Of a DNA stretch of 32,000 bases, positions 10,198 to 20,259 are shown in pieces (position 1 is the stretch's first letter; each line of letters starts with the position of its first letter). A model generated the notes under the pieces. The model saw nothing but the letters and a program-made list of their open reading frames with translations. It searched no databases and was not told the DNA's origin. Made by a program: the position numbers and the translations under genes. This stretch comes from Clostridia bacterium (GTDB lineage: Bacteria > Bacillota > Clostridia > TANB77 > CAG-465), in contig JAVXNL010000009.1 in assembly GCA_036645795.1 (NCBI GenBank), forward strand, positions 1,389-33,388. The letters run 5' to 3'.

Positions 10198-10782
10198 TTA
10201 CCTCCACTTATACAATTTTAAAATTACATTTCCATAATTTCTTGTATCTATACATTTTAGTTCTACAAAACTATCCAACAACTCTTCATCGTCTTGTTGT
10301 ATTTTTTTTATAAAATTTTTATCCGTTTCGTATATGATTATACCATCTTTTTTTAGAATCTTATTACAAGTATTTGATATATATTCTAAAGACTTTAATC
10401 CATAACGGCTATCATATGGAGGATCTAAAAATATAACATCAAATAGCTTATTTTCTTTTTCTATTTGCTTTAACGCTTTCATATAATCTTTCCTTGTTAT
10501 TTTAACATATTCTTTCATTTTAGTCAACAAGATATTCGATATTATTGTCGAAACACATATATTTTCTATATCATTTATCCATGCAAATTTTGCACCTCTG
10601 CTAAGAGACTCTATCGCAAGATTACCAGTTCCTGCAAATAAATCTAATATATCTGAATCTTCTAAATATTCATCAATTATTGAAAATAGAGCCTCTTTAA
10701 CTCTATCTAGTGTTGGCCTAGTCTTTTCAGTCTTCGGACTATTTAGCACTTTGGCCCTACATTTCCCAGCAATTATTCTCAT
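10198..10782 (-). CDS. rsmD: 16S rRNA (guanine966-N2)-methyltransferase RsmD
   Basis: MRIIAGKCRAKVLNSPKTEKTRPTLDRVKEALFSII..LDLFAGTGNL..IFLDPPY are RsmD signature motifs. Confidence 0.9.
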   Translation of the reverse strand: MRIIAGKCRAKVLNSPKTEKTRPTLDRVKEALFSIIDEYLEDSDILDLFAGTGNLAIESLSRGAKFAWINDIENICVSTIISNILLTKMKEYVKITRKDYMKALKQIEKENKLFDVIFLDPPYDSRYGLKSLEYISNTCNKILKKDGIIIYETDKNFIKKIQQDDEELLDSFVELKCIDTRNYGNVILKLYKWR

Positions 10783-10823
10783 TTAACACTCCTTATCTTT
10801 TTATACAGCTCATGTATAGCTTA

Positions 10824-11306
10824 CTAAAGCTCTACATACTCGTAACAAACATTATAAAAATCTAATATTTTATCTATATCTTTTGTTTTAAATATTACAG
10901 TAGAAGTATTTTCATTTGGATGAAAACACACTTTAGCGCTTTTTAAAAGTTCGCTATCTATTACAAATTTAACAGCTGTTTTTTCTACCTCTATTATATT
11001 TAAAAGAGATACCGACCCACGTTTTACCCCAAGTTTTTCAAACAAAACATCTTCTTTTGCAAATTCTAATCTATTAGTATTTAGTCTCTCTTTTAAAAGT
11101 TTTAAATCGAGTCTTTTTGTAAGAGGCAGTGATACTAAATAGTATTCTTCTATTTTCGAATCTTTTAGAAATAGATTTTTACAATCTGTACCGTTCATAT
11201 TTATATTATATTTTTCACAATCTCTTTGACCAAATAATGCTGGATGTTTAATACTTTCATAGCTTATATTAAGTTTTTCTAAAACAGCATATACTTTTTC
11301 ATCCAA
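10824..11306 (-). CDS. YbaK/ProX-type aminoacyl-tRNA editing domain protein (prolyl-tRNA synthetase-associated)
   Basis: 160 aa. The stretch ..CKNLFLKD....YYLVSL...KRLDLK.L......L.FA......LGV..GSVS.L is typical of the PrdX/ProX group. Confidence 0.75.
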   Translation of the reverse strand: MDEKVYAVLEKLNISYESIKHPALFGQRDCEKYNINMNGTDCKNLFLKDSKIEEYYLVSLPLTKRLDLKLLKERLNTNRLEFAKEDVLFEKLGVKRGSVSLLNIIEVEKTAVKFVIDSELLKSAKVCFHPNENTSTVIFKTKDIDKILDFYNVCYEYVEL

Positions 11307-11325
11307 TACTTTTACCTCTTTTCAA

Positions 11326-12705
11326 TTATTCTATTATATCTAGAATATGTGATTTATACTGTAATTCATGAGCTATATCCTCACTTACATTTTCTATATA
11401 TATAGCATTTTTTATATATTCAAATGCTTGATTAAATTTTTCTTTATCGTTATATAGACAAGTAAGTATCGTATCTCCTGCCCTTACCTTATCTCCTACT
11501 TTTTTACCAAATTCAAAACCTACAGAATAATCAATCAAATCATTTTTTTGATTTCTTCCACCACCAAGACAAACTAGTGCTTCACCAATTTTGGCGCTAT
11601 CAATAGAAATTAGTATTCCATCTTTTTCAGCATGTATTTCCTTTAGAAATTTAACTTTATCTTTTAACACAGGCATTTTTAACTCTTTAGAAAGCCAGTC
11701 CATATACACACTATTTATTTTTCCGCCTTGAGCTTCTACTAATTCTAAAAATTTATCATATGCACTTCCACTAGTAATACATGCAAGTATGTCAGTTTTA
11801 TTTTCTTCTACATCATCACCAATACCTGCCATTTTAATTAGTTGAGCAGTTATTTCAAAGACTACTTCACGTAAATCATTATATTCTCTTGAGTATAGAG
11901 TCTGTTCATCAGCAAGTAAAAAAGCTATTACTTCTTTTATCTCTACTGCATTTCCAACAGTTCGTCCAAGTGGTTCTGACATAGATGTTATAACAGCTTT
12001 AGTTTCTATTCTTGCAAGCTTCCCAATATCTACCATTGTTTTAGCGAGTTTTCTTGCGTCTTCTAAATTTTTCATAAAAGCTCCACTACCAACAGTTACA
12101 TCTAGTATTATTTTTTCTGCGCCTGAGGCTATCTTTTTACTCATTATAGAAGATGCTATTAAATCTATTGACTCTACTGCTGCAATAGTATCTCTTAACG
12201 CATATATTTTTTTATCTGCTATATCTGTATCGCTGCTTTGACTAATTAAGCATACACCTATATCTTTTACTTGTTCTATAGCCTCATTAATTGGTATGTC
12301 TACATCATATCCAACAATAGATTCTATTTTATCTGCTGTACCTCCTGTTATTCCAAGTCCTCTACCAGACATTTTGCAAATACTTGCTCCCATTGCTGCA
12401 ACTATAGGTAGAACAATTAACGTTACTTTATCACCTACACCCCCTGTAGAGTGCTTGTCCACTATATACTGACCAGATTTTTTTAGCTTGGACAAATCTA
12501 TTGTAGATGCAGAATATGCCATTGCAAAAGTTAAATTTACAAGCTCATCATTTGTAAGTCCATTTATATATATTGCCATAATTAAAGCAGATGCTTGATA
12601 ATCCTCAATTTCTCCATTACTATAGCCTTTTATAAAAAAATCTATTTCCTCTTTTGTAAGTTCAAGTCTATTTTTCTTCTTATCAATTATATCATACATT
12701 CTCAT
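11326..12705 (-). CDS. pdp: Pyrimidine-nucleoside (thymidine) phosphorylase
   Basis: MRMYDIIDKKKNRLELTKEEIDFFIKGYSNGEIEDYQASALIMAIYINGL..DKHSTGGVGDK..GRGLGITGGTADKIE are family hallmarks. Confidence 0.9.
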   Translation of the reverse strand: MRMYDIIDKKKNRLELTKEEIDFFIKGYSNGEIEDYQASALIMAIYINGLTNDELVNLTFAMAYSASTIDLSKLKKSGQYIVDKHSTGGVGDKVTLIVLPIVAAMGASICKMSGRGLGITGGTADKIESIVGYDVDIPINEAIEQVKDIGVCLISQSSDTDIADKKIYALRDTIAAVESIDLIASSIMSKKIASGAEKIILDVTVGSGAFMKNLEDARKLAKTMVDIGKLARIETKAVITSMSEPLGRTVGNAVEIKEVIAFLLADEQTLYSREYNDLREVVFEITAQLIKMAGIGDDVEENKTDILACITSGSAYDKFLELVEAQGGKINSVYMDWLSKELKMPVLKDKVKFLKEIHAEKDGILISIDSAKIGEALVCLGGGRNQKNDLIDYSVGFEFGKKVGDKVRAGDTILTCLYNDKEKFNQAFEYIKNAIYIENVSEDIAHELQYKSHILDIIE

Positions 12706-12779
12706 AATGCTACCTCTTTCTTTTTATATCTTTTTATAACTACTTTATATCTTTATATCTTTGAAATACATTTTTTAGT

Positions 12780-13850
12780 TTAGTTTGTGCCTTTTATCCC
12801 ATATCTTTTAGCATCTACTGTATAATTCATATTTACTTCCTCATCACTAAGAGCTCTATTATATATACGAACGGAGTATACATCTATTTTTGCTAATTGA
12901 TCAGGAACTGGTTTATACGAACCCAAACTAAAATATGTACCATTATTGTTATTTGTAAACTTAACACTATCACCTATTTTTTTTGAATCAGAATATACAT
13001 CTAAGTATAATTCATTGTTTTTTGTTCTCCACTGCAATACTCTACTATGAGGATTTTGATCTACAATTTTTGAATCAACTACAGATATAGGAGGTTCACC
13101 TTTTATATACGCATTATTTCCTTGAAAATATGTTCTATAATTCGCATCACTTCTTGCTATGTAAGAACCAGAATAATATGATGCAACTATTTCAATACAG
13201 GCATTACTTCCACTAATATTCATATATTTATATATCACATCATCAATTCCATCTAGTGATATTTTATTATCTGACCAACCACTACCAAACGTATCAGTTA
13301 TACCTGTTATTATTCCATCATTTCCATTTCCACTTAAATCTTTCCAAATAAGTGATTTATTATCATGTGTAGTGCCAGTATTTTTTATTGCATCCCAGTG
13401 TAGTATAAGTCCATCTTTTATATATGCATTTTCATTTCCAAGTATTTTTACTATATCTGCTGCCCATAGTTTTTCGTTTGGATCATTTCCTATATATACA
13501 AGCTCTGAGTCTTTTACAATAAACGAACTAAGATCTTCATCTTTTATACTAGGTATTATTGTTTTTATATTAACCTTTTCTTGCTTTAATGAATCATAAT
13601 ATGACATAGTTCTATCTGCATATAGCGTCTTGTTATACCTTCCAGCGTTTTCCATCTCTTTATTTGAAATATATTCATTTAGCTCTGTTTCATATGTTTT
13701 TACATTTGTCTGAAATTTAGTTTGAACAGAGTTGCTAATTATATTTGTTCTTCTTAAACTTAAAACTACTACACTTACTAAAAGTATCCCTACAATTATT
13801 GTAATAACTAAAGCTATTAAACTCACACCTTTTTTTGTATTCTTTTTCAT
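12780..13850 (-). CDS. Pilin-like (prepilin-type N-terminus) protein with a C-terminal LamG/Laminin_G_3 jelly-roll domain
   Basis: The likely true start is ATG at 13850 (MKKNTKKG|VSLIALVITIIVGILLV), because the SD GAGGTGG overlaps the track's TTG start at 13862. The C-terminal part (LILHWDA..DLSGNGNDGII..SLDGIDDV....VRIYNRALSDEEV) matches LamG-like domains fused to pseudopilins. Confidence 0.7.
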   Translation of the reverse strand: MKKNTKKGVSLIALVITIIVGILLVSVVVLSLRRTNIISNSVQTKFQTNVKTYETELNEYISNKEMENAGRYNKTLYADRTMSYYDSLKQEKVNIKTIIPSIKDEDLSSFIVKDSELVYIGNDPNEKLWAADIVKILGNENAYIKDGLILHWDAIKNTGTTHDNKSLIWKDLSGNGNDGIITGITDTFGSGWSDNKISLDGIDDVIYKYMNISGSNACIEIVASYYSGSYIARSDANYRTYFQGNNAYIKGEPPISVVDSKIVDQNPHSRVLQWRTKNNELYLDVYSDSKKIGDSVKFTNNNNGTYFSLGSYKPVPDQLAKIDVYSVRIYNRALSDEEVNMNYTVDAKRYGIKGTN

Positions 13851-14123
13851 ACTCCACCTCAATAATTCATCTCTTTAGTATATCTTACTATATATTCATT
13901 CTTTTTTCAAGATTTTTCATATTTTTTCTTTATAAGGGTTAATTTTTCATTTGTTTTTCACTAATATTCCTACAAAATATTTTTTTGCTTTTAAAAAACA
14001 CAATAAAAATTAATTACTCTCTATATTATTTGTTACTATTATTTACAAATATTTAAATATCTATCATAATATTTATTATATAGCATATACTTAAGTTAGA
14101 TATAAAGGATTAAGGTGATTTTT

Positions 14124-15980
14124 ATGTGTGGATTTTGTGGATATATAGATTTAGAACTAAATATTACAAATGACAAAATTATACAAAACATGACAAATAC
14201 ATTAACTAAAAGAGGTCCTAATTTTCAAGATATTTATATAGATAAAAATATAGCTTTAGGACACACCAGACTTAGCATAATTGATGTCATTAGTGGAAAC
14301 CAGCCCATGCAAAAAACACATCTAGGAAACAAATATATAATTGTATATAACGGAGAACTCTATAACACTGAAAGTATACGTAATGACCTTATACAAAAAG
14401 GATATGATTTCACTACAAAATGTGATACCGAAGTAGTACTTTGTGCATATATTGAATATAAAGAAGAATGTGTTAAAAAATTTAATGGCATATTTGCTTT
14501 TGCAATCCAAGATGAAATTCAAAACTGTTTGTTTCTTGCGCGTGATCGACTTGGAATAAAGCCATTATTTTACACGCAAGCTACAATTCCATCACAAAAG
14601 TTTATATTTGCCTCAGAAATCAAAGCACTCCTTGCCCACCCAGATATACATGCAATAATAAATAAAGAATCTATAAAAGAAATATTTGGGCTAGGACCCG
14701 CACATACGCCAGGAAAGAGTTTTTTAAAAAACATAGTAGAATTAGAAGCTGGCCATATTGCATACTTAAAAGATAATGTGTTTACAACACATAAATATTG
14801 GGACTTAGAAACTAAAGAGTGTTTTGATAGTCAAAGTCAATCAATAGAAAAGATTCATGATTTAGTAGTTAATTCAACAAAAAAGCAACTTGTATCAGAT
14901 GTCGGAATCTGTTCTATGTTATCTGGCGGACTAGATTCAAGTATTCTTACAAAAATAGCAAAAGACAATATATCAGACCTTGCAACATTTTCTATCGACT
15001 ATATAGAAAACGAAAAGAACTTCGTATCAAATGACTACCAAATGACAAAAGACAGCGACTATGTAAAAATAATGAAAGATTTTTTAAAAACAACTCATAA
15101 AACTATTAAAATTAAAGATACAGCCTTATTTGATTTTTTAGAAAATTCAATGATTGCTCGTGATATGCCAGGTATGGCAGATATTGATTCATCAATGTAT
15201 ATATTTTGTAAAAAAATAACTGAAAATGGCTTTAAAGTATGCCTATCGGGAGAATGCTCTGATGAAATATTTGGCGGATATCCTTGGTTTTACAAAGAAA
15301 ATTTAATAGCTCATAAAGGATTTCCTTGGGCACTATCTGAAAATTTAAGAGAAAATATAGTAAAAAAAGACATTTTAAAGCCAGGAGAGCTGACAGAATA
15401 TATAGCTACCGCAAAAAAAACTACGCTAAAAAACGTAGTACATTTAAATGAATCTGATGAATTTGAAAATAGATTTAGGGATATAAACTACCTTACAATA
15501 AAATGGTTTATGAATACTTTAATAGAGCGCACTGATAGAATGTCTATGGCAAATGCTTTAGAGGTTAGAGTTCCCTTCGCAGATCACAAAATATTTGAAT
15601 ATGTTTATAATTTACCCGCCAAAACAAAACTAGGTCTTAATAACTCTAAAGAGCCCATAGAAAAATTCTTACTTAGAAAAGCTTTTGAAAACGAATTACC
15701 AAAAGATATAGTATACCGAAAAAAATCTCCTTTCCCAAAAACATACGATCCTGCTTATTTATTACTTGTCGAAAATAAAATGAAAAGTATACTAGAAAAC
15801 AAAAACTCAAAAATACTAAACCTTATAGATTCAAATTTTGTTTCAAATATGTTAACTACTCATGGTAACAGTTTAACTCAAAATTGGTTTGGTCAACTTA
15901 TGACATATCCTCAAACTCTTGCATATCTTATACAAATTGAGATGTGGTTAGATAACTATAACATAGAAATAGAACTATAA
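14124..15980 (+). CDS. asnB: Asparagine synthase (glutamine-hydrolysing)
   Basis: I moved the start to ATG at 14124 so the protein begins MCGFCGY. Cys2 is the obligatory N-terminal nucleophile of class II amidotransferases. SD AAGGTGA lies at 14112-14118. The SGGLDSS pyrophosphatase loop is present. Confidence 0.9.
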   Translation: MCGFCGYIDLELNITNDKIIQNMTNTLTKRGPNFQDIYIDKNIALGHTRLSIIDVISGNQPMQKTHLGNKYIIVYNGELYNTESIRNDLIQKGYDFTTKCDTEVVLCAYIEYKEECVKKFNGIFAFAIQDEIQNCLFLARDRLGIKPLFYTQATIPSQKFIFASEIKALLAHPDIHAIINKESIKEIFGLGPAHTPGKSFLKNIVELEAGHIAYLKDNVFTTHKYWDLETKECFDSQSQSIEKIHDLVVNSTKKQLVSDVGICSMLSGGLDSSILTKIAKDNISDLATFSIDYIENEKNFVSNDYQMTKDSDYVKIMKDFLKTTHKTIKIKDTALFDFLENSMIARDMPGMADIDSSMYIFCKKITENGFKVCLSGECSDEIFGGYPWFYKENLIAHKGFPWALSENLRENIVKKDILKPGELTEYIATAKKTTLKNVVHLNESDEFENRFRDINYLTIKWFMNTLIERTDRMSMANALEVRVPFADHKIFEYVYNLPAKTKLGLNNSKEPIEKFLLRKAFENELPKDIVYRKKSPFPKTYDPAYLLLVENKMKSILENKNSKILNLIDSNFVSNMLTTHGNSLTQNWFGQLMTYPQTLAYLIQIEMWLDNYNIEIEL

Positions 15981-16006
15981 CAAAAAAGTAATAACTAGGC
16001 ATAAGA

Positions 16007-16050
16007 GCCAATACTAACATTTGTATAAATATTAGTATTGGTGTATTTTT
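16007..16050. terminator. Bidirectional rho-independent terminator between convergent asnB and the CapA-family gene
   Basis: Stem CCAATACTAA (16008-16017) pairs with TTAGTATTGG (16032-16041), followed on + by TGTATTTTT. Confidence 0.6.
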
Positions 16051-16064
16051 ATCTTTTAAGCGTT

Positions 16065-17303
16065 TTATAACTTTACAATTATTTTGCCATTTTGTACTTT
16101 AGAGTCTAACGAGTTTTCTATATTCCATTTATTAAATTGTTCCAGATATACTGCAGCTTTAATTGGGTCATATTGTGTATACATACAAGTTTTTTTCTTA
16201 TCTACTATATATGTTGGCGTCATGGTTATATTATCAATCTTGCCTTCTTTAGATATTCCTATATTAAATATATATCCTTCTAATCCCACATTAAAATCTG
16301 TATCTGATATTAGGTAACCTGTACTATATATTATTGGTTTGTCTTTATATTTAACTATTGGATATACTCCTAAAGCATGTGATCCTATAACCATATCTGC
16401 CCCAAAATCAATAGCAGTTGTTGCAATATTTCTCATTTGATCATTTAATCCATATGTATATTCTCTGCCCCAATGAACATCCACTATTACAATATTTGCA
16501 CAGTCCTTTGCCTCTTTAATGTTTTTTATCAAGTTTTCTTTTTCATAAATACTTATACCTTCTTTGGTATAGTTTTTTGATGTTCCGTTTACTACAGCGT
16601 TAGTAGATATTATTGCTATTTTCTTATCATCTTTTTGTAAATAAACCGGTGTGTTTTCTCTACCTGCAACAAATATTTCATTTTTTTCTAATGTATCTAT
16701 AGTATTTTTAAATATATCTTCTGGAAAATCTACCATATGATCAGAAGATATCGACACAGCATCCATCCCCATAGAATTTAATGCACTTATAGAGTCTTTT
16801 GTAACTAAATATTTAGATTTAGCATCTTGTATTTTTTCTAAATTTGTTATATTAGTTGAAAAATTAGCATAAGCAAAATCTGAGGATTTCGGTATATTAT
16901 ATATTTCTTTAAATGCGTCCATATACATATAGTTTAGGTTAGTTGTAACTTGTCCACCCAGCATAATTTCACCCATCAAGCACAGATTTACAGTGCCTTG
17001 GTTATTTTTTATAGCATCTTCTTTTTTTGATTTGGCATTTTCTTCAAATGTTTTATTATCTTCACTGTTTGTATTATCCATATTGGTATTTTCTGTTTTT
17101 TCTTTATCTTTTAACTCAGCTTTATATACTAAAGTGGAGTTTTTTATTTTCCTTTGCAATATAGCATTACCTACAAGCATCGCACTAAGCACTATAGTAC
17201 AAATAACACAAGTTAGCATTATTGCGTTTTTTAATGATAAATATTTCCTAACATTAAATCGTCTTCTATTGAAGTTAACTCTATTTCTTGTTGACATCCC
17301 CAT
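16065..17303 (-). CDS. CapA-family (poly-gamma-glutamate synthesis/metallophosphatase-like) membrane-anchored protein
   Basis: 412 aa with a basic N-terminus plus a TM segment, then NLCLMGEIMLGG..ANFSTN..SSDHMVDF..VDVHWGREYTY..GADMVIGSHALG, the CapA pattern. SD AAGGAGA lies 9 nt before the ATG at 17303. The gene overlaps the mtaB 3' end by 73 nt. Confidence 0.8.
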   Translation of the reverse strand: MGMSTRNRVNFNRRRFNVRKYLSLKNAIMLTCVICTIVLSAMLVGNAILQRKIKNSTLVYKAELKDKEKTENTNMDNTNSEDNKTFEENAKSKKEDAIKNNQGTVNLCLMGEIMLGGQVTTNLNYMYMDAFKEIYNIPKSSDFAYANFSTNITNLEKIQDAKSKYLVTKDSISALNSMGMDAVSISSDHMVDFPEDIFKNTIDTLEKNEIFVAGRENTPVYLQKDDKKIAIISTNAVVNGTSKNYTKEGISIYEKENLIKNIKEAKDCANIVIVDVHWGREYTYGLNDQMRNIATTAIDFGADMVIGSHALGVYPIVKYKDKPIIYSTGYLISDTDFNVGLEGYIFNIGISKEGKIDNITMTPTYIVDKKKTCMYTQYDPIKAAVYLEQFNKWNIENSLDSKVQNGKIIVKL

Positions 17304-18541
17304 AAGCTTTTATCTCCTTTTACTTTTACTTTTATATAATTATTTGTGTAACCATACAAATAACCATCTAAATATGATTCGAAAAGCACGCTTTTTTTCA
17401 GTCCAATATAGTGTTTCATATACTTATGTTTTAAATCACAACCAATTTTTATTAGTTCTTCACTTCTTTTATTGGCTATATTTCCATCAATTTGATTTCC
17501 CATATTTGCGGCCTTAGTCCATTTCCTTTTTGAATATTTAAATATATGTACTTCGTAAAATCCAATTTCTTTTACAGTATTTAACGTGTTTAAAAATTCT
17601 TGCTTAGTTTCACCAGGAAAAGCAACTATAATATCACAAGTAATAGCTACATCTTTTAAAGACTCTCTTAATTTTTTTATTCTATCTAATAAAAATTCTT
17701 TTGTATAATGCCTATTCATTCTATTTAGTACATTATTATCTAAGCTTTGTACTGATATATGAAAATGTGGGCATAATTTTTCTGTTTTTTTAAGTCTTAA
17801 TATATTTTCGTCAGTAAGTATTCTTGGTTCTATTGAGCCTAGCCTTATTCTTTTTAAATCTTTGATTTTAGCCACATGTTCTATCACATCAATCAAACTT
17901 ACACCAGCTTCTAAATCTTTACCATATGAAGCTATTTCAATACCTACAAGTACAACCTCTCCTAATCCGTTTTCTACAAGCTTAGTTACCTCTTCTACTA
18001 TATCTGTTATACTACGGCTTCTAACTCGTCCTCTAACGTATGGTATTATACAATATGTACAAAAATTATTACATCCATCCTCTATTTTTACACTCTCGCG
18101 TATACGATTTCCATTTTCCAACCTATCTTTTTGTATATATTTTTCTACTTTTGATATATCAGATATTTTATGAACTTTATCCGTTATAGAATCCTTTAAA
18201 ATATTCTTCTTTGAAATATATTTTTCTACAATTTCAACGATTTCTTTTTTCTCTTCATTTCCAATTATTATATCTACATTTTTTAAATCTTCATCTTCTT
18301 TTATCTCTTGAGCATAACACCCAGCAAGTATAACTATTTTTCCGAGTTTTTTAGCTTTACTTAATGTCTGTCTTGTTTTTCTAGTTGATAAATTTGTAAC
18401 ACTACAAGAATTAACTACATATATATCTGCTATTTGTTTTTCATCTACTAATTCATATCTTGCATCACTAAATTGCTTTTTCATAAGATCTGTTTCGTAC
18501 TGATTTACTTTACAACCTAATGTAAAAAATGCTACCTTCAA
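17231..18541 (-). CDS. mtaB: tRNA t6A37 methylthiotransferase MtaB (MiaB-like radical SAM)
   Basis: The N-terminus is MKVAFFTLGCKVNQYETD and the radical-SAM motif is CNNFCTYCIIP, with a C-terminal TRAM-like domain. The start codon is TTG, preceded by SD AGGAG at 7-nt spacing. Confidence 0.85.
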   Translation of the reverse strand: MKVAFFTLGCKVNQYETDLMKKQFSDARYELVDEKQIADIYVVNSCSVTNLSTRKTRQTLSKAKKLGKIVILAGCYAQEIKEDEDLKNVDIIIGNEEKKEIVEIVEKYISKKNILKDSITDKVHKISDISKVEKYIQKDRLENGNRIRESVKIEDGCNNFCTYCIIPYVRGRVRSRSITDIVEEVTKLVENGLGEVVLVGIEIASYGKDLEAGVSLIDVIEHVAKIKDLKRIRLGSIEPRILTDENILRLKKTEKLCPHFHISVQSLDNNVLNRMNRHYTKEFLLDRIKKLRESLKDVAITCDIIVAFPGETKQEFLNTLNTVKEIGFYEVHIFKYSKRKWTKAANMGNQIDGNIANKRSEELIKIGCDLKHKYMKHYIGLKKSVLFESYLDGYLYGYTNNYIKVKVKGDKSLWGCQQEIELTSIEDDLMLGNIYH

Positions 18542-18657
18542 AATATCACTCCTATTCTTATACTTTATTATGTTTTATTTTAGCTTCCTAATTTTCACTT
18601 TTTATTTTTCTTTTTTTCTTTTTTTCTTTTACTTTTTATTTTTTTATTTATTGTTTT

Positions 18658-19431
18658 TTATTTTGTTAACTTTTTCCCGCTTTTAATACTCTCCACATTT
18701 ACACTTCTTACTCTTTTAAGTAAAAACTTTTCTATCCATCCTTTTTTATATTTAAGAGAAATATACCCTATACTTGCCATAGCAAAAGCTCCTACACTAT
18801 CTACAATTAAATCTTTCATAGTATCTGCTAGTGCTGCTTGACCAACTAACACAGTTCCTTGGTATGTTACAAACTTTTGCATATTAAGACCTAGTAAAGA
18901 GTCAAACGAATATTCATATATTTCCCAAGCAACACCTACACTTACTGCAAAACAAAATGAAAATAAAGCAACGAATATAGGGCTTAACTTAATTGATTCG
19001 ATTCTGTCCGAAGAATTTAGTAAAGATATAACAGAAAATCCTAATGCTCCAATCATCGCGCCACTAAAAGTATGTAGTATTGTATCCCAATTTTGTATAT
19101 TATAGTAAAAATTACTAACCTCGCCTAATATAATAGCAGCATATAAAAATATAACGTATAATATTATCATATTATTTGGTATTTGTACTTTAAACCTCTT
19201 AGATATAACACTAGGTAAAAACATTGCAACTACTCCAAGTATACATTGTATAAGACTCAGCGTATATGTTGATTTTACTGGAAGGCCAGACTCCGGAGTA
19301 CTTGGCGCTAAAACCATTCTAACAAGAATATATATTATTGATGCTATAAGTGCTAAAAACACATATATTGCAATATTTTTTTCATTAAATATCTTCTTTA
19401 TTATTTTTTTCATTACTAGACCCCCATCCAT
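18658..19431 (-). CDS. Multi-pass integral membrane protein, possibly YjdF/DUF2238-like
   Basis: About 6 hydrophobic segments, plus WEIYEYSFD and ADTMKDLIVDSVGAF motifs that resemble that family. The start may instead be ATG at 19413 (MKKIIKK), which has a G-rich SD. Confidence 0.6.
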   Translation of the reverse strand: MDGGLVMKKIIKKIFNEKNIAIYVFLALIASIIYILVRMVLAPSTPESGLPVKSTYTLSLIQCILGVVAMFLPSVISKRFKVQIPNNMIILYVIFLYAAIILGEVSNFYYNIQNWDTILHTFSGAMIGALGFSVISLLNSSDRIESIKLSPIFVALFSFCFAVSVGVAWEIYEYSFDSLLGLNMQKFVTYQGTVLVGQAALADTMKDLIVDSVGAFAMASIGYISLKYKKGWIEKFLLKRVRSVNVESIKSGKKLTK

Positions 19432-19455
19432 ATTTATGTGTTAATTTAAATATTT

Positions 19456-20259
19456 TTAATCGTATATATTTATTTTTAAAACTATATTTCCATTTTTAGT
19501 TTTACTACCAAACTCCATAACTTTTAGCTTACCATATTTTTTAAAAGATATAATATCTGATTCTTTTACATTCTCACTACTTGAAAAAATGTTTTTACAA
19601 TTTATATATACCTCACCTTTTTTTATCTTTTCTTTTACATCTTCTCTACTTATCTTATATACATGACTAAGTAGTAAATCTATTCTTGTAGATGCTATTA
19701 TCACTTTTTTTTCTAAAAACTTTACACTAATAGGTAGTTGTTTATCTTCTTTTATATCTATCTTTTCTAATAAAGCTATTTGATTGCCTACTTTTTCTAA
19801 ACTGTTTAATATATATGTCTCAACCAAGCTCATCAAAAAGACATAAGCGCTATTATCATTTACAAATATATCTCCTATATACTCACTCTTTATTCCTAAA
19901 TTATATATACTTCCCATATAATCCTTATGTTTAATTTCTCCTTTTTGTTTAATTGTGATTTTTACACAGCTTATATAGTTATTAAAAATATCTTTACCTT
20001 TTTTTATATAACTGGGTAAAAAAAATATATTACATTTTTCTGCGTTTTCATTTACTCTATAAACATAGTAATCTACTTTTAAATGATTTAATATACTTAT
20101 AGCTTTATGTGCTTGATACAAGTTTAAAAAATTTGTGTATTGAAGTTTATCTGTCCTCTCAAATATATACGCCTTATCTAATACCTTAGAAAGCGTAAGT
20201 TTTAAATCCTTATCTAAAACTCCTATAAGAGCTTCATTTTTATCTTTTTTAGTTATCAT
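19456..20259 (-). CDS. ylmH: YlmH-like RNA-binding protein with a C-terminal S4 domain
   Basis: I placed the start at ATG 20259 (SD GGAG 6 nt upstream). The track's TTG start at 20292 would overlap dusB by 44 nt. The C-terminal stretch RIDLLLSHVYKISREDVKEKIKKGEVYINCK is S4-like. Confidence 0.65.
   Translation of the reverse strand: MITKKDKNEALIGVLDKDLKLTLSKVLDKAYIFERTDKLQYTNFLNLYQAHKAISILNHLKVDYYVYRVNENAEKCNIFFLPSYIKKGKDIFNNYISCVKITIKQKGEIKHKDYMGSIYNLGIKSEYIGDIFVNDNSAYVFLMSLVETYILNSLEKVGNQIALLEKIDIKEDKQLPISVKFLEKKVIIASTRIDLLLSHVYKISREDVKEKIKKGEVYINCKNIFSSSENVKESDIISFKKYGKLKVMEFGSKTKNGNIVLKINIYD

Noticed and set aside
13863-14114. T-box or other riboswitch leader upstream of asnB
   Set aside because: The 250-nt region is almost pure A/T. 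It has no GC-supported helices and no T-box-like conserved segment. Only a weak promoter-like TTTACA-17-CATAAT match (14042-14070) is visible.
18581-18657. T-rich quasi-repeat (CTTTTTTT units) between the membrane-protein gene and mtaB
   Set aside because: It is a low-complexity poly-T/A tract with no defined repeat unit or pairing. It is most simply an AT-rich spacer or UP-like promoter context for mtaB.
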